Part shown: positions 59,026 through 64,000 of the stretch, piece by piece
Layout: each line of letters opens with the position of its first letter
How positions within the stretch are numbered: the stretch's first letter is position 1
Origin: a virus
Virus record (IMG/VR): IMGVR_UViG_3300042527_000802
Span: 1 to 64,000 of that record
Strand: one strand, 5' to 3'
Length of the DNA stretch: 64,000 nucleotides
The notes under the pieces: model-generated
Database searches by the model: none
What the model was told of the DNA's origin: nothing
The model's input: the letters and a program-made list of their open reading frames with translations, nothing else
Made by a program: the position numbers and the translations under genes

Positions 59026-59035
59026 GGTGTATTAC
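59026..59035 (+). promoter_or_regulatory. Candidate late-promoter motif GGTGTATTAC
   Basis: In the short intergenic gap upstream of ATG 59055. Confidence 0.45.
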
Positions 59036-59054
59036 ATTAATGAAAGGACAGGAT

Positions 59055-59504
59055 ATGTCAGACAATATACAAATATTAAATGCTGTCAAATTAGAATTAG
59101 ATAAATTAGTGGATCAATCTAAACAGTCTTTAAATGAAGTTAAAGCAGTGGCTGTTGCACAAGCATGGAAGATTCTACAGCTCGCCGTAGCATTATCTGT
59201 ACAATTGTTAGAAAATATAGCAATTGATCTTAGTGGACCAGATAAAAAAATAATTGCTATGAATGCGATCTCAACATTCTATGATAAGATGTTTACTGTG
59301 ATAGATATTCCATTGGTTCCAAACATTCTAGAGCCAATCATGCACAAGTATATGAAAGCCTTTTTGATGGCTTTGGTTGGCGCTAGTATTGATGCTACAG
59401 TAACAACATTTAGACAAGTTGGTGTTTTCAAAAGCAAAGATGTTCAAGTTCAATCAGTTATTAAAAAAGTAAAAGCTAAAAAATCCACAAAGAAGAGGAA
59501 ATAA
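59055..59504 (+). CDS. Hypothetical helical protein (possible holin-associated)
   Basis: SD aaagga; amphipathic helices, GPDKK..A motif, basic tail. Confidence 0.5.
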   Translation: MSDNIQILNAVKLELDKLVDQSKQSLNEVKAVAVAQAWKILQLAVALSVQLLENIAIDLSGPDKKIIAMNAISTFYDKMFTVIDIPLVPNILEPIMHKYMKAFLMALVGASIDATVTTFRQVGVFKSKDVQVQSVIKKVKAKKSTKKRK

Positions 59505-59505
59505 G

Positions 59506-59892
59506 ATGAATTATACAGAGTCATTTAATGAATTTGCTAGCAGAGTCACAACATTAGATTTAGCATTATATGCTGGCGTAGGATTAGTATTATGGGTTTT
59601 ATTCAAGGATAGAATGAGTCCAGTACAAAAATTTGTATCTGACTTAGTGTCAAAAATTAAGTCTCCACAAGGAGGCTCTCAACTACCAGCATTGCCAACA
59701 ATTAATGTTCCAGTTAAATCAGACAATAAGAATGAAGATGTGTTCTTCAAACTTATAGCTTCATGGAAACAAACTAGGGACTTGGCAGTACAGAGCAACT
59801 GCTCAGAGGCTATTAAGGTTATTGATCAGATATTCCCGTATCTAAGTCCCAATGCTTGTGTTCCACCATCAGTATCTGTAGATCAAAAATAA
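59506..59892 (+). CDS. Single-TM membrane protein
   Basis: LALYAGVGLVLWVLF hydrophobic helix. Confidence 0.6.
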   Translation: MNYTESFNEFASRVTTLDLALYAGVGLVLWVLFKDRMSPVQKFVSDLVSKIKSPQGGSQLPALPTINVPVKSDNKNEDVFFKLIASWKQTRDLAVQSNCSEAIKVIDQIFPYLSPNACVPPSVSVDQK

Positions 59893-59904
59893 AAGGATAT
59901 ACTT

Positions 59905-60384
59905 ATGAATAAGATAGTATTATTAACTATAGCAGCACTATTAATTTTAATAGGATTAGTTCAACCAGATTTTTCATCATTATTTCCTCAAAAGTCAAAT
60001 AATGTTGTGGTATCTTTAGAAGCTCCTGATGATGAGGATGTTCTTAAAGAATGTAAAGATGTTGCAAAAATTCTAAGCTCTGGTGATAAAAAAGACGCTG
60101 CAAGATTAAGAGACTTATATATAGATATATCTGATCTTATAGCATTAGATGGTGATCAAACTGTAATTAAAAATACAGAAGATATTCGTCAAGCAAATAG
60201 TTTAGCTGGAGTAATGTTAAAATTAGATATTAAAGATAAATATGCAGATTTGGGTAAAGAGGCACAACAGGTTATCGTTTCTGTTATAGGTGACGATAGT
60301 GTTTTATTATCTCCAGAATTAAGAACACAAGCATCTCAATCATTTAGATATTTAGCTTGGGCATGCAATGAGGGGGCCAAATAA
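59905..60384 (+). CDS. Signal-anchored exported protein
   Basis: MNKIVLLTIAALLILIGLV N-terminus; SD aaagga. Confidence 0.6.
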   Translation: MNKIVLLTIAALLILIGLVQPDFSSLFPQKSNNVVVSLEAPDDEDVLKECKDVAKILSSGDKKDAARLRDLYIDISDLIALDGDQTVIKNTEDIRQANSLAGVMLKLDIKDKYADLGKEAQQVIVSVIGDDSVLLSPELRTQASQSFRYLAWACNEGAK

Positions 60385-61307
60385 TGCCACGATTTACACC
60401 AGACGAGTTATATAATAATTATAGAAAAGGATTTAGTGGCTGTTTATGGGAGCAGCATGTGTTTGATCATTTAATGGAAGTTAGTAAATACCCATTATTT
60501 GGCGATGCTAATAAAAAAATTAAAACTAGTGGCAAGGGCAAGTTATCAACTCCATACAAGAGCGTATTGAAGTTTGATAAGAATCCTTATAATGAAAGAC
60601 AAACTACCGGAGATTGTGTCAGTCATGCAACACGAAATGCTTGTGATGTTAGTCGAGCAGTAGAAATAGATGTACATAATGATAGAGAAGCTTGGATAGC
60701 AAGAGGAGCAACAGAAGCAATCTATGGAGCACGAGGTCATGGTGGACAAGGAATGAGTTGCTCACGAGCTGCTGAATTTGTTAGCAAGAATGGCGGTATA
60801 GTAATAAGAAAAAACTATAAGGGCGTAGTTGACTTTACTAAATATAATGGAAATCTAGGAGCTGGTTGGGGTGGACGAGGTTTACCTGATCCTGTTATTG
60901 ATTTAGCTAATGATCATCAAATTAAAACTGTTAGTTTAGTAAGAACCATAGAAGAAGCGAGAGACGCTCTTGCAAATGGTTATGGATTATCAGTATGTTC
61001 GAATTATGGATTTAGTAATAAAAGAGATAAAAAGGGTATTGCTAACGTTAGTGGTAATTGGGCCCACGCTATGGCCTGGATAGCCTGTGACGATACTGGA
61101 AATGAGCCATTATTCTTAGTTCAAAATAGTTGGGGCAAATGGAATGATGGTGGACATCCAGAATGGGGAAATATTCCAGACGGTTCATTTCTTATCAGAG
61201 CCGAAGTTGCTGCTGGAATGTTGGCGGCTAATGGTAGTTATGCTTTCAGTAATTTTGATGGGTTCCCTGTGCAAAAATTACCGGACTATGGTTTTACTTA
61301 CCTATAA
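60384..61307 (+). CDS. Papain-like (C1) cysteine peptidase
   Basis: Q..GDCVSHA (Cys), WAHAM (His), LVQNSWG (Asn). Confidence 0.85.
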   Translation: MPRFTPDELYNNYRKGFSGCLWEQHVFDHLMEVSKYPLFGDANKKIKTSGKGKLSTPYKSVLKFDKNPYNERQTTGDCVSHATRNACDVSRAVEIDVHNDREAWIARGATEAIYGARGHGGQGMSCSRAAEFVSKNGGIVIRKNYKGVVDFTKYNGNLGAGWGGRGLPDPVIDLANDHQIKTVSLVRTIEEARDALANGYGLSVCSNYGFSNKRDKKGIANVSGNWAHAMAWIACDDTGNEPLFLVQNSWGKWNDGGHPEWGNIPDGSFLIRAEVAAGMLAANGSYAFSNFDGFPVQKLPDYGFTYL

Positions 61308-61319
61308 GAGATTTTTTAA

Positions 61320-63632
61320 ATGAGTAATGATTCCCCGAATGTAAGATATTTTAATAATCAAGCATATATCAGATATAGTAATGGAAGTATATATTTATGT
61401 ACTCCTAATTCATTAGCAACAGATGAATGCATAGAATGCTGCCCAAATACATTTGCTACATTATGGGAGCATCCTAATATTGCATGTTCAAATCCTAGAA
61501 TAACACATCCTATAGATCTATCCAAACCGTATTGGCATTTTCCATCTGGAAATACAAACGGTCAAGTCAACCCTGTCCCAGTACAAGGATTTAACGCTTT
61601 GTGCGGCACTCCTCCACAGACTAATTTATCAAGTAGAATAGAAATTAAAATACCATACGATTCTATATTTAGTGGAACATATGTTTTTGATTGGAGACAA
61701 GGGAATTGGAATTATCAATCTTCATTAAGTAAAACGTCATTATCACCATATCCAGATGCTGGATCTTCTTATTATAATCAAATACTAGTTAGTTTAACAG
61801 AAACTAGTGGCGAACCAACATATAAGGGATACGTAGAGGCTGCAAGACAAACTACGCATACTTCTAATTTGAGCGGAGTATTTGCATATCCCGCTCAATT
61901 TGTATTTACGGCGATGCAAGCACCATCTGATGCTGCTAGTCAAAGTCCATTTCCAACAGGATCAGGACACAGAGCAGTTGTTGGATTTACGTTACCTATC
62001 AGATGGAGGCATGAATATAATGATTGGGTTGTCGTAGATTCGGTAGGACATAAAATTAGTGGCACCAAAACTTCTAATGCGGCCAATACTAACTGGCTAC
62101 CAAGCACAGACTGCTTCCCAAGCGGCTATGCAACATCAAGAAGTGGTCCATATACAGTTGGATTAAGTGGTATAACAAATAGTCCAGCCACGTATGATCT
62201 TTCTAATACTACAACTGCTATAACAGGATCGTGTACCGGATTAGCACATCTTGGTTTTTCTTATAGAACATCAGCAAGCGGATTACCATTTGATAGTACA
62301 ACATATGATACTAAACTTGTTAATTTTTCTGGTATACGACCAAAATTTGGTGGCGCAATCAGTCACGGAGGATCAAATATTAATGAATTAAGATTATTTG
62401 AACCTAAAACACCAATGGAATCATGGCTAACATTCACCTTCTCTTGTAGAACTAGCGGAACAACATGTAATGAATTTGATTATATAACTCCAGTATCAAC
62501 AGGATCAACAAGCATATCTGCTACATGCTTAGGATCTTATATTAATGCTGATTTTGTTTGTATAGATTCTAAAGCTCGTCCTAGCGGTGATTATTTTATT
62601 ACTGAAGGAGTATCAGGACTTAAAGTAGTTTACTCTGGATTACCAGAAAATATACATCCTCTTGTTAAAACAAATTCATCAACAGCAAAATTATTCAAAG
62701 CAGGTTCTGGACAAATGATTTTTGTAGACTATAGCGGAGCATCAACACCAGAAGCCTTACGAGACTGGATAAATAAAGAATTTAATTTTGTAAAAACAGA
62801 TATTAATAATAGTGTAACATATTCATATCCTGGCGTTGATTTATATTGGAATCTTAAAGAATCTGTTATTGTTTCGGGAATAGATGCTAGTAATCTAGGA
62901 TTAGACGGAGTATATTATTTAGCAAATAATCTTGATGCTGGTCTTCTTTATTATTCAAAAGATGCTGGAAATACTTATCCAAGAATATCAATGGATGGAG
63001 GTTGGTGGGTGCTTAATAACGGTACAACCTCTCCATTCGTTTTAGAAAACGTATCATATCCAACTATTCCTGTAGGAACTTGGGGAGATTATACCTCCAC
63101 AGTTGAGTCTCCACCATTAACAAGCGACAATAATAAAACAGCATTTGCTAGACTAATCCCGTGTGATTCTGCTGCTTTTGAATCGCCATTACCAGGAATA
63201 TATTTAATTTCTGTTGATGGCAAGTTTGGATCTGATCCCACAGCTTCTGATCTTATAGGAGCATATGGACACGATTCAACAACTGGTCGATATATTAATG
63301 TTAATAATGGTAATGGAAATTATCAGATGAGATTTATTACAGATAAATGGCATTTAGGAAAAATAGAAAATGGTAATTTTGTTACATACTATGTATTAGA
63401 ATATCTTACTGGTGGTATTCCATTAGATCTATTAAATAGTGCTTTTTTGGATTATAGCAATTATTTACCATCACCAGATTATACTTGGAATACACTACAA
63501 ATTCCTGCAACTTGTAAATCGGCTCCTATTGGAGAATGGACTAGTGCAGGGTACGCTGGAACTGGTGTTGCGGCTAGTCTTAAGGATCCTATTCCTACAG
63601 CATGGAACGCTGGCAATACATGTGGGGCTTAA
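61320..63632 (+). CDS. Large Ser/Thr/Gly-rich virion-like protein, partly paralogous to the C-terminal region of ORF 45860
   Basis: Shared P(I/L)R(W/Y)R..YND(W/Y) and TP.ALRDW(I/V)....FV motifs. Confidence 0.55.
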   Translation: MSNDSPNVRYFNNQAYIRYSNGSIYLCTPNSLATDECIECCPNTFATLWEHPNIACSNPRITHPIDLSKPYWHFPSGNTNGQVNPVPVQGFNALCGTPPQTNLSSRIEIKIPYDSIFSGTYVFDWRQGNWNYQSSLSKTSLSPYPDAGSSYYNQILVSLTETSGEPTYKGYVEAARQTTHTSNLSGVFAYPAQFVFTAMQAPSDAASQSPFPTGSGHRAVVGFTLPIRWRHEYNDWVVVDSVGHKISGTKTSNAANTNWLPSTDCFPSGYATSRSGPYTVGLSGITNSPATYDLSNTTTAITGSCTGLAHLGFSYRTSASGLPFDSTTYDTKLVNFSGIRPKFGGAISHGGSNINELRLFEPKTPMESWLTFTFSCRTSGTTCNEFDYITPVSTGSTSISATCLGSYINADFVCIDSKARPSGDYFITEGVSGLKVVYSGLPENIHPLVKTNSSTAKLFKAGSGQMIFVDYSGASTPEALRDWINKEFNFVKTDINNSVTYSYPGVDLYWNLKESVIVSGIDASNLGLDGVYYLANNLDAGLLYYSKDAGNTYPRISMDGGWWVLNNGTTSPFVLENVSYPTIPVGTWGDYTSTVESPPLTSDNNKTAFARLIPCDSAAFESPLPGIYLISVDGKFGSDPTASDLIGAYGHDSTTGRYINVNNGNGNYQMRFITDKWHLGKIENGNFVTYYVLEYLTGGIPLDLLNSAFLDYSNYLPSPDYTWNTLQIPATCKSAPIGEWTSAGYAGTGVAASLKDPIPTAWNAGNTCGA

Positions 63633-63634
63633 AA

Positions 63635-63796
63635 ATGAGACTCTTAGATAAAATAGCATTAAATCGTTTAATTAGTATAATTACTAATTTTATACTGGGA
63701 TTAATAAAAATATTTGCTCCAAAATCAGTTGAAGATATAGAAATTCCAAAACCCAAACGTAAAAAAATATTGCCATGGAGAAATAAAGATGAATAA
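63635..63796 (+). CDS. Small amphipathic membrane-associated protein
   Basis: MRLLDKIALNRLISIITNFILGLIKIF..., basic tail; start reassigned. Confidence 0.5.
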   Translation: MRLLDKIALNRLISIITNFILGLIKIFAPKSVEDIEIPKPKRKKILPWRNKDE

Positions 63797-64000
63797 ATTA
63801 ATAGGCATATTGCTAATAGGATCAATTTTTGCAACATTTGGTTCTCAGCAATATAATGGATCAACAACAGCTGCTGTTATTTTAGCTGGTGGAATTATTA
63901 AAGCTCAAAATGTAGTAATAGATAAAAAATATAAAAGAAAAGATTGCCCTATATGCAAAGGAAAAGGCTACTATATTAGTGGCGATGGTATAAGTAAAGT
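63789..64000 (+). CDS. Exported protein with DnaJ-type Zn-finger repeat (3' truncated; not in ORF track)
   Basis: MNKLIGILLIGSIF signal-like N-terminus; CPICKGKG. Confidence 0.6.
   Translation, partial: MNKLIGILLIGSIFATFGSQQYNGSTTAAVILAGGIIKAQNVVIDKKYKRKDCPICKGKGYYISGDGISK

Noticed and set aside
1-64000. Stop-codon reassignment, tRNA/rRNA genes, introns/inteins, IS elements
   Set aside because: Genes are intact and tightly packed under code 11; intergenic gaps are short and no such signatures were seen by eye

Overview
This is a gene-dense, AT-rich fragment of what is most likely a large or jumbo tailed phage (genetic code 11). The host is inferred to be a Planctomycetota/PVC bacterium, from SHD1-like repeats and a planctomycete-type FGE/SUMF1 subfamily. 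Layout: (1) 1-14.1 kb holds the C-terminus of a tape-measure-like protein, large tail/fibre-like proteins, and S1 and S8 proteases. (2) 14.1-38.6 kb is a divergently transcribed glycosylation island with GT60, HtrL-GT2, GT9 x3 (one split), GT17, GT4 x2, ADP-heptose enzymes, a WlbABC-like triplet, a ColD-like dehydratase, several methyltransferases, a macrodomain, NDT and GuaC. (3) 38.6-45.8 kb holds small putative head proteins, a degenerate bacterioferritin, PAP2, a sigma factor, ClpP and a catalytically degenerate DeoC. (4) 45.8-58.7 kb encodes modular Pro/Thr-rich surface proteins. (5) 58.7-64 kb is a membrane-protein plus papain-like peptidase cluster, possibly for lysis. The most notable observations are: five circularly permuted, non-catalytic FGE/C-type-lectin-fold domains; mucin-like Thr/Pro stalks next to a polypeptide-GlcNAc-transferase-led glycosylation island (candidate phage 'glycocalyx/adhesin' system); an AcrB docking-subdomain-like segment inside a virion protein; and a recurring GG(T/G)GTA upstream motif. 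All family calls come from motif recognition by eye; no database searches were run. No tRNA, rRNA, CRISPR array, reverse transcriptase or transposase was seen.
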